Positions 55,208-63,976 of a DNA stretch of 64,000 bases are shown here, piece by piece; position 1 is the stretch's first letter; the number at the start of each line of letters is the position of its first letter. The DNA comes from a virus (Duplodnaviria > Caudoviricetes). The DNA lies in IMG/VR virus record IMGVR_UViG_3300033121_001571; one strand, given 5' to 3'. A program made the position numbers and the translations under genes. The notes under the pieces were generated by a model that was given only the letters and a program-made list of their open reading frames with translations, was not told the origin of the DNA and ran no database searches.

Positions 55208-55585
55208 ATGAAAAATTCTAAAAAATTCAGTCTTACGCAAGGCGATACTTTGTTGTATAGCTGCAACTTACGCCTTAACAAGTTTCTTATTGAAAAACAG
55301 CTCAATACTCAGATACAATCAACGTCAGAGATTAAAGGTTACGAAGTTGTAGCACACACAGTTATTTTACATGCAAGTTCTACACTCAGATCACAATTCG
55401 CGGCGAGCGGTGCGACGGGAGCACTCTATCAAACCATAATGCAGACTCCACCTTTGTCAGTGACCAACAAGCAACTTTTTGATTTTATTTGTTTCTACAA
55501 GTTCAAACTAACAGACCAACTGTACCATTGGAAGCTGGTACCCGTCTCTACGGGTATATTTCTGTTTTCCCCCAACGGTTACTGA
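55208..55585 (+). CDS. xGD-family protein
   Basis: LTQGDTLL. Confidence 0.7.
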   Translation: MKNSKKFSLTQGDTLLYSCNLRLNKFLIEKQLNTQIQSTSEIKGYEVVAHTVILHASSTLRSQFAASGATGALYQTIMQTPPLSVTNKQLFDFICFYKFKLTDQLYHWKLVPVSTGIFLFSPNGY

Positions 55586-55589
55586 CCAA

Positions 55590-55958
55590 ATGATCAAACA
55601 AGGAGACATTGTTCTTGTTGGCTGGCAACGTGATGAGAACAACGATCGTAGTTATGAATTAAGACAACGATCTCAAAGTGAAAATTGGGATGTGGTGCAG
55701 TTAAAAAACATAGTTGTCACAACACAACTCTTTACGTTAAGAAGTCGTACATTTTCTTACAAGCATCAAAGTGACTGTTTATTTCACTCTGAATTCAAAG
55801 TGTTGTGGGCAAGTAAAGATTACTGGAAGCATGCTTGTTTTGACATGCATTTGTTTGTGGCGATTAGTTTATCTAAATTTGTAACATTGCATTTTGAGAT
55901 TGAAGATCTGAAAATTTTGTCTAATGGGTTACTGTTTCTAAATAAAAGCTTCTTCTGA
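55590..55958 (+). CDS. xGD-family protein
   Basis: IKQGDIVL. Confidence 0.7.
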   Translation: MIKQGDIVLVGWQRDENNDRSYELRQRSQSENWDVVQLKNIVVTTQLFTLRSRTFSYKHQSDCLFHSEFKVLWASKDYWKHACFDMHLFVAISLSKFVTLHFEIEDLKILSNGLLFLNKSFF

Positions 55959-55964
55959 ACAAAG

Positions 55965-56252
55965 ATGTTAAATCCCGGTGATCTCATTCTGCTCAAATAC
56001 AAGTATGACACTATGTCTGACATTGCAATCTTGTCTAAGGTACTCGTGCTTTCCGCTGATCGTTGTAGGTATGACCACTTCGGTCGGATCCACTATCAAC
56101 TATGTAAAGTGCGTATTCTTTGGATTCACCACAAAAGTTACTTCCACCGTGGAGATGTCACAAAAACTGGGAGTGCGTCTTGCGTGAGAAATTACCAGAT
56201 CTTTCTCAAAGATCTTGAGCAGGTGTCTAGTTCTTTGTTTTACTTGTCATAA
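55965..56252 (+). CDS. xGD-family small protein
   Basis: LNPGDLIL. Confidence 0.75.
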   Translation: MLNPGDLILLKYKYDTMSDIAILSKVLVLSADRCRYDHFGRIHYQLCKVRILWIHHKSYFHRGDVTKTGSASCVRNYQIFLKDLEQVSSSLFYLS

Positions 56253-56277
56253 ACGTCTTCTTAAGGTCTCAAATCAC

Positions 56278-56616
56278 ATGGAACAATTAAGCCCGGGTGC
56301 CATCTTGCTGTTATCTGCTTTAGAACAAAGTAACATCGGAAGATTATATCCACTTGACAGAAAACTTGTCTTACACGTGAACACACAAAACAGTTCACAC
56401 ATAGTGTTTGCATCTTGTATAGTGTTATCTGTTACGCAAACAGGACATACGATAAAATTTTTCACAGTAAAAATGTGTTGGGTGTCAGAAGATTCAGAGT
56501 TCATAGACTTGATATTTGGCGACAGGCTATATCAAAACTCTGTCAAATTTTGGACAACTAACGATGATATCATAAAGATAGATGAGAGAGTGTTTTTGGT
56601 GGAACACACTCGTTGA
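56278..56616 (+). CDS. xGD-family protein
   Basis: MEQLSPGAILL. Confidence 0.7.
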   Translation: MEQLSPGAILLLSALEQSNIGRLYPLDRKLVLHVNTQNSSHIVFASCIVLSVTQTGHTIKFFTVKMCWVSEDSEFIDLIFGDRLYQNSVKFWTTNDDIIKIDERVFLVEHTR

Positions 56617-56641
56617 ACACTCAATGTTAAGTTATCTTCCT

Positions 56642-56743
56642 TCTGTGCTTCGAGATCTCTTTGAGATTAATCTTAAGAACTCTGTTAGTGTAGCCACATC
56701 ACAGTGAGAAAAGATTAATCTCAAAGAGATCTCGAAGCACAGA
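56642..56743. repeat. 33-bp perfect inverted repeat, 36-nt loop, abutting a promoter
   Basis: tctgtgcttcgagatctctttgagattaatctt / aagattaatctcaaagagatctcgaagcacaga; GTGCAA-17-TACAAT follows at 56744. Confidence 0.9.
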
Positions 56744-56784
56744 GTGCAACGTTTTGCTGAGCGGTGTACAATCTCTCGATAGAG

Positions 56785-57123
56785 ATGCTAAAACCCGGAG
56801 ACATCTTGCTCATTTGTCTTTCCAATGAAGATTACTTCAGGTGGAAGTACAATGAGGTCTGGTGTGATGAGAAGCTATTGATGATTGGTTCTAAGTTCAT
56901 AATTGCACATATGATGGTGTCATCAGATGTGATTCTATCTAAGAAAACTCGAGGTGCTAGATACGAGTGTCGTGATCTTATTCACATTTGGGTTCCAAAG
57001 AATAACAACAAACAAAGCATATATATTTTCCCAAGATTCCCAAGATCTTTTGCAATTTATAGTTCTGATCTCACTAAACTATCTGACGGGGTTTACCTCG
57101 TGAGCGACACATGGTCGCTGTAA
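56785..57123 (+). CDS. xGD-family protein
   Basis: MLKPGDILL. Confidence 0.75.
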   Translation: MLKPGDILLICLSNEDYFRWKYNEVWCDEKLLMIGSKFIIAHMMVSSDVILSKKTRGARYECRDLIHIWVPKNNNKQSIYIFPRFPRSFAIYSSDLTKLSDGVYLVSDTWSL

Positions 57124-57317
57124 GCATGCCCAAACCTGGCAACTTGATCATCTGGACACACAACATAGTTGACTTAGTTTTAAATGTCACTGTTAATAAC
57201 GATGGTCAAATTGATCTGCTTCTTTATAACGTTAACAGTTGCGTAATTGATTTTTATCCTGACCTTGATAACAGTTCAAAACTAGAGAAGAACGGGTGTT
57301 GGATTTTACACGAATAA
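57111..57317 (+). CDS. xGD-family small protein
   Basis: PKPGNLII. Confidence 0.7.
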   Translation: MVAVSMPKPGNLIIWTHNIVDLVLNVTVNNDGQIDLLLYNVNSCVIDFYPDLDNSSKLEKNGCWILHE

Positions 57318-57544
57318 AGCCTGGTGACTTGATTTTCTCTCTGTTTCTTAACGGAGAGATCAATCGTTTGTACGTAGTGATAAAATCAGATTATGATCTC
57401 GTTAGAAATGAATTTCTGGGTGAAGCGTATCTTATTCTTGATAATTCGTATTATCATCCTCGACGCAATGAAGTACTTCACTTGGTAGAACCAATCGGAA
57501 ATTTCTTAAAAATATCAGACAGAACTTGGACTCTTGCTTTCTGA
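57296..57544 (+). CDS. xGD-family small protein
   Basis: IKPGDLIF, LKISDRTW. Confidence 0.75.
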   Translation: MLDFTRIKPGDLIFSLFLNGEINRLYVVIKSDYDLVRNEFLGEAYLILDNSYYHPRRNEVLHLVEPIGNFLKISDRTWTLAF

Positions 57545-57558
57545 AGTGATACAAACTA

Positions 57559-57828
57559 ATGACATCTTTAAGACTTGGCGACATTCTATTTGTGGGTGAT
57601 GCCCTGTACACTCCACACTGGCGCACTCACACAACTGCGTGTTTGATGATGATTAACTCTCCACAAGATACTAACAGCATGTTTGTTTTTGGTCGCAATT
57701 TTACGTTGTTGTGGACAACATTGCCAAGTGAAGATTCTGTGAGAAAGAAAGTCACCAATATGATCTTTCAAGAAAAACTTATTTTCAAAGTGCTTGACAA
57801 CGTGTTTTACGTGAAAAGGACGTTGTGA
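57559..57828 (+). CDS. xGD-family small protein
   Basis: LRLGDILF. Confidence 0.75.
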   Translation: MTSLRLGDILFVGDALYTPHWRTHTTACLMMINSPQDTNSMFVFGRNFTLLWTTLPSEDSVRKKVTNMIFQEKLIFKVLDNVFYVKRTL

Positions 57829-58148
57829 TCAAACCCGGAGACATCATCTTTGTAGGTTTCTATCCGTACGGAATTTCAAATCCAAAAGACGTTATTTACG
57901 TAAAGCATCACGTTGTGATAGCACAATATCTGGTCTTAAAAAGACCTCGATTCATGAAAACTATTTACAAAAATATCGTAAAGATCAACTTTAACGTAAA
58001 AAACAGTGTTTTATTGTGTGAAAGCAAAGAACACAGAACGTGGCTTGAAGGAAATTATGGAAAAAAAGCACGTGGATCGTTCTTCATTGGAAAGCTTGTA
58101 AACATCCATAAAAACGTAAAGATGGCAACGTTACAAATGAGATATTAA
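57825..58148 (+). CDS. xGD-family protein
   Basis: IKPGDIIF. Confidence 0.75.
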   Translation: MIKPGDIIFVGFYPYGISNPKDVIYVKHHVVIAQYLVLKRPRFMKTIYKNIVKINFNVKNSVLLCESKEHRTWLEGNYGKKARGSFFIGKLVNIHKNVKMATLQMRY

Positions 58149-58161
58149 CACTGTCTTTAGA

Positions 58162-58467
58162 GTGAGCACACACATGATCAAACCCGGAGACATTGTACTT
58201 GTTAACCAACAACGCAACTGGATTCAAACCGATCCTGAAGCAATAGTTGTAAATTCTTTCAAAATTTTTGAGATTCTAGTGTGTTTGAGAGTGAGTTCAT
58301 ATCATGCTCACGGATATGACACTAAAGCACTTTGTTTGGTGGCGTGGCGTACTAAACATTATGGTGCAATGTATTATTCAGGTTACACTCATCGGATCAT
58401 TCCAGTCTTTTTAAACTTCTCTAAAGATATGAAGAAAATCTCAAACAACAGTTTCATCTTCACTTAG
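58162..58467 (+). CDS. xGD-family protein
   Basis: IKPGDIVL, KKISNN. Confidence 0.75.
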   Translation: MSTHMIKPGDIVLVNQQRNWIQTDPEAIVVNSFKIFEILVCLRVSSYHAHGYDTKALCLVAWRTKHYGAMYYSGYTHRIIPVFLNFSKDMKKISNNSFIFT

Positions 58468-58494
58468 AATCTCTACAAAAGAGAGTGAAAGATC

Positions 58495-58788
58495 GTGAGA
58501 AACTTAAGAGCTGGCGATATTGTTATCTGTGCTTTCTTTGTGAAAGAGTTTGTACCACGAAAACAACTCTTTACGATCAAAGATAACACTTATGTCAGTG
58601 AAATTTTTCTAATCCTAGAAGAACTTTCTGAGAAAACACAATATACTTCAAAATATGCTTGTGTAGTCTTGTGGAGCAGTTACCTGAATGTCCATGCAGG
58701 ACACACATCAGAGTTAGTTCATACACATGAAGCTAAGACTGAAAAAATTGCAGAAAACGTTTATTTAGAATTAGAGAGCGTATGGTGA
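58495..58788 (+). CDS. xGD-family protein
   Basis: LRAGDIVI, KIAENVY. Confidence 0.75.
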   Translation: MRNLRAGDIVICAFFVKEFVPRKQLFTIKDNTYVSEIFLILEELSEKTQYTSKYACVVLWSSYLNVHAGHTSELVHTHEAKTEKIAENVYLELESVW

Positions 58789-59114
58789 CTAACATGGACG
58801 CAGATACGTTGGATGTGTTGCCAGGAGACATCGTCTTTCACGCTGTTTATCAAAACAGTTTTGCAGCACACAATATTTTAACTGATGTTGAAACACTGCG
58901 TTTGTTTGATTATGTTGTGTATGGCATTGGACTTGTTGTAAAACCGCCTACCGCATACAAAAACTATCAGTGTACAATGCTTTTGTTATACGAAATATGG
59001 TACAGCAAGTACTTGTCAAGAACAAACTCAAGAAGCAAAATACGCACGTGGAATTTTGATACTATGAAGCTCAAAAAGATAAATGATAGACGAGCGTGGA
59101 TTTGCCTTCAATGA
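58782..59114 (+). CDS. xGD-family protein
   Basis: VLPGDIVF. Confidence 0.7.
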   Translation: MVTNMDADTLDVLPGDIVFHAVYQNSFAAHNILTDVETLRLFDYVVYGIGLVVKPPTAYKNYQCTMLLLYEIWYSKYLSRTNSRSKIRTWNFDTMKLKKINDRRAWICLQ

Positions 59115-59443
59115 ACACTCAAAACAATGAATTTATTCTTACTAACCCTGACGTAAGAATTGGAGATATCTTACTTTTTGGACACAGGTCTGACCCCCTT
59201 TATCAAGATGACTATATCGTTTTTGGCGATTACCTCATTTACGAAATCTCAATCGTGATCAAAGTTTCACAAGAACAAATCAGTGTATCAAATTGGTTGA
59301 CTACGTCGTTGTATAAGATATGGGTGCGCAGCCGAGCCGGGAGACTTGCTAATAACACATATGAATTTGAATTTAGCGGTCTAAAGTTGCATAAATTAAC
59401 CAACAAACGAATCTGGTTATACTCGGAAATTTCATGTTCATAA
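59111..59443 (+). CDS. xGD-family protein
   Basis: VRIGDILL. Confidence 0.7.
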   Translation: MNTQNNEFILTNPDVRIGDILLFGHRSDPLYQDDYIVFGDYLIYEISIVIKVSQEQISVSNWLTTSLYKIWVRSRAGRLANNTYEFEFSGLKLHKLTNKRIWLYSEISCS

Positions 59444-59781
59444 AAAAAGGAACTCTCATACTAGACGGAATACGTGACGATAGTCGTCTGTATTTAAGTC
59501 GTATCTCACGCGAGAAAGACTTGTGGGACTGTTTCAGAGTTGGAAACATCCTAGTCATGGTAGTCTCAGTCTTAACAAGTAACGCTAAAAAATCAATTTA
59601 CAACAACAGCCTATTAACGTTTACAACACTGACTATATGGGAATGCCCAAAGTTTCAAAAAACTTTTCACCATCAATCATTTCTTTTTAAAGAAATGAGT
59701 GATATGCTGCTTCCGCGTGAGATCGTGCAATCATCAGAAAACCTTGTAATCAAAACAAGTCTTCCGTGGCTTGACTACTGA
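59434..59781 (+). CDS. xGD-family protein
   Basis: IKKGTLIL. Confidence 0.7.
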   Translation: MFIKKGTLILDGIRDDSRLYLSRISREKDLWDCFRVGNILVMVVSVLTSNAKKSIYNNSLLTFTTLTIWECPKFQKTFHHQSFLFKEMSDMLLPREIVQSSENLVIKTSLPWLDY

Positions 59782-59798
59782 TCGTTCAATCTCAGTGA

Positions 59799-60059
59799 GT
59801 GAGTAAGTACTTGCACTCTTCAAATTTAGATCTAGTTGTCGGTGATCTTCTAGTTATTAAAGACGTTCAATTATCGTTTGTGATTGTATCGTTTATCATC
59901 AGTATAAACCACTACACTCCATTCATTGAGATTATACACGTTCCTATTTGGAAGAAATATGGCAAAGCGTTGCACACGCAATTCTTTTGTTGTCATAAAA
60001 CAGCTCTCTTTAGAGATTTAAGTGGTGTTATAACTTACAATCATACGAAAGATGTTTGA
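59799..60059 (+). CDS. xGD-family small protein
   Basis: LVVGDLLV. Confidence 0.65.
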   Translation: MSKYLHSSNLDLVVGDLLVIKDVQLSFVIVSFIISINHYTPFIEIIHVPIWKKYGKALHTQFFCCHKTALFRDLSGVITYNHTKDV

Positions 60060-60351
60060 AATTGTTTCAGGCTCGATCTTGTTGATCGGTACAGATCGAG
60101 ACAAAATGGCCCTACGCAAAAGTGGTGTGAAGTATATTGTCATTGAACAAAAATTTGTCTACACAATTGCTCTAGTGTTAGAAACTGGTTTGGGAAAATT
60201 TCCAAGCACACTCGTGTTGTGGAGTGGGTATTCTTCTCAAGTTAAAAACTTATGTTTCCAACCTTCACGAACTTTCAGTGATGCAGTCCTTGACAGTTTC
60301 AAAGTATCTCTCTTAAAAGACAACGTATATTTTTGGGAAACTAACTGGTGA
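60052..60351 (+). CDS. xGD-family protein
   Basis: VSGSILLIG, DNVYFW. Confidence 0.7.
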   Translation: MFEIVSGSILLIGTDRDKMALRKSGVKYIVIEQKFVYTIALVLETGLGKFPSTLVLWSGYSSQVKNLCFQPSRTFSDAVLDSFKVSLLKDNVYFWETNW

Positions 60352-60722
60352 CAAGACAACTGACTACGATGAGTTCAAACACTGTCAAGCAGCCAGTAAA
60401 AATTGGTGATATAGCGTTAATTGGTTACAGAAAAGATTCATATCATGCAAAGAAGTTTTTTTCTGAATCGATCTCTGGATCAAAAGGTCTCATTTTTTCT
60501 GATTTTTGTGTTTTTGCGGTGATTTTTATATACGAAGAACCCGTTATGAAACCTGAATATATTGAGTATAAAATCTCATTAAATGGATTTCACTTGTTGT
60601 GGCATTCTGATGATTTTATCGAACAACGATACGAGATTCTTAAAGATCGCGGTTGTCTATTCGCTGGCAATAAAATTGTTCAGGTGTCTGAAAACACTGT
60701 GTTTTTAGACTGGAACTTGTAA
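60348..60722 (+). CDS. xGD-family protein
   Basis: VKIGDIALIGY, VSENTVFLDW. Confidence 0.75.
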   Translation: MTRQLTTMSSNTVKQPVKIGDIALIGYRKDSYHAKKFFSESISGSKGLIFSDFCVFAVIFIYEEPVMKPEYIEYKISLNGFHLLWHSDDFIEQRYEILKDRGCLFAGNKIVQVSENTVFLDWNL

Positions 60723-60740
60723 AACAGTTACTAAACGCTG

Positions 60741-61094
60741 GTGCAGAGTCCAGAACTTCTGCGTACGAAAGAACACAAAACAATGGTCATAAATCCTGGC
60801 ACTGTTTTCTTAACTGGTTACATAGAAAATTCGTTCTTTATGAAGACTCATTTTTTGTCCCATGATTTTATCCCTATAGATAACTACTACATCTTTGCAG
60901 CGTTTTTTTTGTACAAAAAGCACACCTCAAAAGAAAGATTGATATATGTGCAACATAGCATCCCATTGTGGAAAAGTGAATTTTTCACAAGAATATTTCC
61001 AAATGCTCCGTTAACGTTCTTTAAGTTCCACTTATCGCAGTGTAAAAAGATGTCTGAAAACATAATCCTGTTAGATTGGGAAACTCGTCATTAA
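60741..61094 (+). CDS. xGD-family protein
   Basis: INPGTVFLTGY, KKMSENIILLDW. Confidence 0.7.
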   Translation: MQSPELLRTKEHKTMVINPGTVFLTGYIENSFFMKTHFLSHDFIPIDNYYIFAAFFLYKKHTSKERLIYVQHSIPLWKSEFFTRIFPNAPLTFFKFHLSQCKKMSENIILLDWETRH

Positions 61095-61432
61095 TGACAG
61101 TGATAAAGCCAGGAGATCTGTTACACTTTGGTTATCTTACAGATTCTAACACTGTTAGAAACCTTGCTCAATACACTAGTGACACAAAGATTATTGGTGA
61201 TTACACAATTTTTATTACTTGTCTTGTTCTTAACGTAACACATCGCAAATATGGAAACTTGTCACTCAATGACAGATACGTGATCTGGTACAATCAGTTA
61301 ATTTCAACAGGATATAGCATCGTAGATAGATTGAAATCTAAATCTAAGATTCATCTTGAAGTTCGAAATATTCAAAGAATCAGTGCAAGTGTCTGCATTT
61401 ACAATAACATTGTTGTTGTATACGCTTCATAA
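61094..61432 (+). CDS. xGD-family protein
   Basis: IKPGDLLHFGY. Confidence 0.75.
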   Translation: MTVIKPGDLLHFGYLTDSNTVRNLAQYTSDTKIIGDYTIFITCLVLNVTHRKYGNLSLNDRYVIWYNQLISTGYSIVDRLKSKSKIHLEVRNIQRISASVCIYNNIVVVYAS

Positions 61433-61434
61433 GT

Positions 61435-61848
61435 TTGTACAAACTACTTAGAATTAGAGAGCGTATGGTGAAAGAAAGTTCTCTGTGTGGTACACTCTTT
61501 CTAGTGAAGAATCTTCCCAGTACTGGTAGCTTGTTGCTCTTGGGTGTCAGCAGAGCGAGCAACTTTGCAGAAAAAGTTATCAGAAAAATGCACTGGGGTG
61601 TCACAGAAGTTGGAAGTCTCCTCGTGTTCGCAAGTTTTCTTGTGCAAGAAACAAAACTAACTTCTAGTGCGTATGGACATGATATTCAGCTTAAAACGCT
61701 AGCTGCATTATGGGTCAGTCCAAAAGCTAGAGATATCATTGGAATTTTGCGAGAACACTCACCAGTTTTGACTCTACGCAGCCGCCATCTAAAGAAAACT
61801 CAAGATATGGGTAACGAGTGGACGTACAAAGTTCACATCAAATCGTAA
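61435..61848 (+). CDS. xGD-family protein (start uncertain)
   Basis: PSTGSLLLLG, ALW. Confidence 0.6.
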   Translation: MYKLLRIRERMVKESSLCGTLFLVKNLPSTGSLLLLGVSRASNFAEKVIRKMHWGVTEVGSLLVFASFLVQETKLTSSAYGHDIQLKTLAALWVSPKARDIIGILREHSPVLTLRSRHLKKTQDMGNEWTYKVHIKS

Positions 61849-61897
61849 ATTCACAAACTTATGGACAGAAACACCAGCGCAGAAAAGTAAATCCGAA

Positions 61898-62212
61898 ATG
61901 GATAATCTAAATCCAGGTACGATTCTGTTAGTTGGTTTTCGTCCAGACAGTTTCTGGATGACAGAAATTTTTCAAACTAATGACTTTGATTTTATAGGAG
62001 ATCATCACGTATTCATGAAAGTCTATGTCTGTAAAAAACCCTGTTCTAGGAAAAATAGAATATTTGTGCGACACTGTCAGTTAATATGGTTGAGTAAATT
62101 CTTTAAAGTAGAGTACCCAAGAACTCAAATACTCGACGCGAGTTTTGATCTAAAAATCAGTAAAAAGATATCTAAAAATATAATTCTGGTAGATTATGAT
62201 TGTCTTGATTGA
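61898..62212 (+). CDS. xGD-family protein
   Basis: LNPGTILLVGF, KKISKNIIL. Confidence 0.75.
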   Translation: MDNLNPGTILLVGFRPDSFWMTEIFQTNDFDFIGDHHVFMKVYVCKKPCSRKNRIFVRHCQLIWLSKFFKVEYPRTQILDASFDLKISKKISKNIILVDYDCLD

Positions 62213-62439
62213 CTGCTCACGCTGGTGACAGAAAACACACAGTGAAAACAATAAACATTGAAATTGGTTCAAAGTGGAGATGTAGTGACACTCGCGTGCC
62301 TGCTCACGATATCATCGTTACGATCGTTGGGTTTGGAGATTCTCCAGATGGAGAGTTAGTATACTACACTTACCCTGACGGGCAAATATTCCAATGGCTC
62401 AAGAAATACTGGCACTATGACAATGTTCCAGCTGAATAA
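62209..62439 (+). CDS. small SH3-like phage protein
   Basis: IEIGSKWR...LVYYTY. Confidence 0.6.
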   Translation: MTAHAGDRKHTVKTINIEIGSKWRCSDTRVPAHDIIVTIVGFGDSPDGELVYYTYPDGQIFQWLKKYWHYDNVPAE

Positions 62440-62596
62440 AACAAATAGTGTCTTAAGTCGTTCAACAATATTTCAAATTTCCTACACAAATTTTGTAATT
62501 CTACAAGAGTAGAATTTTGCTTTAGCGAGAAAAGAGCAAACACACGCAACAGTGCACGATCCACGTGCTTAAGGTACATTCTCTTGAGGTGGTAAG

Positions 62597-62971
62597 GTGA
62601 AAAACTTCAAATTTTTGTTCTCTGTGGTTCTTTCGTGCATCTCTGGTTGTTGTCCAGATCTAGAGACTGCGTGTGAAGACATCGCTGTCGCAAGGTGTGA
62701 AAGAGTCTGGAACTGCGGACTCTCTGCACCTCCCGGAACTGTGGAAGAGTGCATCGCTGATTCCAAAGAGAAGTGTATGACCAACACGTCTCTACTCGGC
62801 GTAGAGATCACAGCTTGTGAACTGCAAGCGTGTGCTACTGAGATCTCTGGCGCAGCGTGCAACGTTGAACCTTCTTGTGCTTTTTCTGCGGGTTCTCTCT
62901 TGTCTGGCAGTGCGTGTGAACTGAACACTCAGTGCGCCTCGGGTCACTGCAAAGTGGGTTTCTGTGACTGA
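62597..62971 (+). CDS. Cys-rich lipoprotein, myxobacterial type
   Basis: Signal peptide with lipobox ISGC, many Cys, C-terminal GSACxxNxQCASGHCxxGFC; own promoter GTGCAC-17-TACATT at 62552. Confidence 0.75.
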   Translation: MKNFKFLFSVVLSCISGCCPDLETACEDIAVARCERVWNCGLSAPPGTVEECIADSKEKCMTNTSLLGVEITACELQACATEISGAACNVEPSCAFSAGSLLSGSACELNTQCASGHCKVGFCD

Positions 62972-62977
62972 CGCTTT

Positions 62978-63244
62978 GTGTTGAAAGTACTTTCAACAGT
63001 GAAACAAGTGCAACCGGGTGATCTAATCGGTCACAAACTATACACTGAAGATCGATTTCACGTTGATGTAGTTTTCAACGTTTCAGTCAAACAAGTTAAA
63101 GACCAGTTCCCACAAGCATTTATCAAGATCTTGTGCACTCAAGATTTGAAAATTACTACTAAGGCGTGTATGTTACATTATCTGAGATATCACCAAGGAA
63201 TTTGGCTTACTGATTCCCATCACGCCTACTTCAATATCATATGA
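62978..63244 (+). CDS. xGD-family small protein
   Basis: VQPGDLIG. Confidence 0.7.
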   Translation: MLKVLSTVKQVQPGDLIGHKLYTEDRFHVDVVFNVSVKQVKDQFPQAFIKILCTQDLKITTKACMLHYLRYHQGIWLTDSHHAYFNII

Positions 63245-63507
63245 AATATTCAGATGATATTCCAAGTGTTGGAGAGTTATGTCTAATTAGACAAGATGCA
63301 TTTTTTATTGTTATCGATGCTCCCGATGTACGTCAGAACAAAAAGATTACAGACGTTCTTTCAAACGTGTTTCTTGTTGTGTTGTTTTGCGTTAATTCTA
63401 ACAAAACAACGCGCGTAGTCAGTTGTAATTTCTACAAGAATCTCTTCTTAAAGAAGGGATATACGTGGTTCTACCAAACAGACGTAAGAGCTTTCTTACG
63501 AAAATGA
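63241..63507 (+). CDS. xGD-family small protein
   Basis: PSVGELCL. Confidence 0.7.
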   Translation: MKYSDDIPSVGELCLIRQDAFFIVIDAPDVRQNKKITDVLSNVFLVVLFCVNSNKTTRVVSCNFYKNLFLKKGYTWFYQTDVRAFLRK

Positions 63508-63737
63508 ACAAATCAATACCCAAAACTGGCGACATTGTGATTGTGAAATATGCAACAATATCAGCGAATCTCTTGTTGGAGACAGTTGCTAAAACACATT
63601 CATATATTTTGTGTAAAGTTATCACTGTTCATTTAGACGATGAGCATTCGCCTGTGCCTATAAGAAGATATTTCGATCGCAATAATCTAAAGAAAATATC
63701 AGCAAATTTGTGGTTAGAGTGTTACCCAGACAAATAG
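63504..63737 (+). CDS. xGD-family small protein
   Basis: PKTGDIVI, LKKISANLW. Confidence 0.7.
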   Translation: MNKSIPKTGDIVIVKYATISANLLLETVAKTHSYILCKVITVHLDDEHSPVPIRRYFDRNNLKKISANLWLECYPDK

Positions 63738-63976
63738 CTATAGTGAAAAAATTACCCAAAATTGGTGATATATTGATCACAACTTCTAGTTACGGGAAAT
63801 TCTATACACATCTTATAATGTCTTCTGTGCATATGAAGAATTTTTATGACTATACGACAATTTTCCTCTATGAGGAACCAATTTCTTTGATTCACCCAGT
63901 TAGAATATACAAATACTACATTGATTTGCACATAGGAAAAGAAATCGCAAAAGGAGTGTGGATCTTTGTTTTCTGA
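63710..63976 (+). CDS. xGD-family small protein
   Basis: PKIGDILI, KEIAKGVW. Confidence 0.7.
   Translation: MVRVLPRQIAIVKKLPKIGDILITTSSYGKFYTHLIMSSVHMKNFYDYTTIFLYEEPISLIHPVRIYKYYIDLHIGKEIAKGVWIFVF

Larger units (their letters stand above)
7095..62580. promoter_or_regulatory. Dispersed family of ~40 promoters GTG[ACT]A-N/17 bp/TAnnn(T/C), about 24 leaderless (6 nt to start codon)
   Basis: Fixed 38-nt geometry, e.g. minus strand 19183, 20943, 21643, 22037, 24048, 24424, 24702, 25086, 26895, 28169, 29881, 30896, 31142, 36970, 40601; plus strand 14598, 16238, 22925, 26997, 31182, 31832, 42685, 45872. Confidence 0.88.
45583..63976 (+). other. Right tandem array of ~55 small xGD[LI][IV] paralogs (predicted SH3/KOW-like)
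   Basis: Consecutive coupled 70-140 aa plus-strand ORFs with KPGDI/L-type N-termini; distal members share LW and KKISxN motifs. Confidence 0.85.

Noticed and set aside
140-63976. Short ORFs as fragments of long genes under a reassigned stop codon
   Set aside because: All three stops are used, each unit restarts with the same N-terminal motif and overlaps its neighbour in a different frame, and the long genes read normally in code 11.
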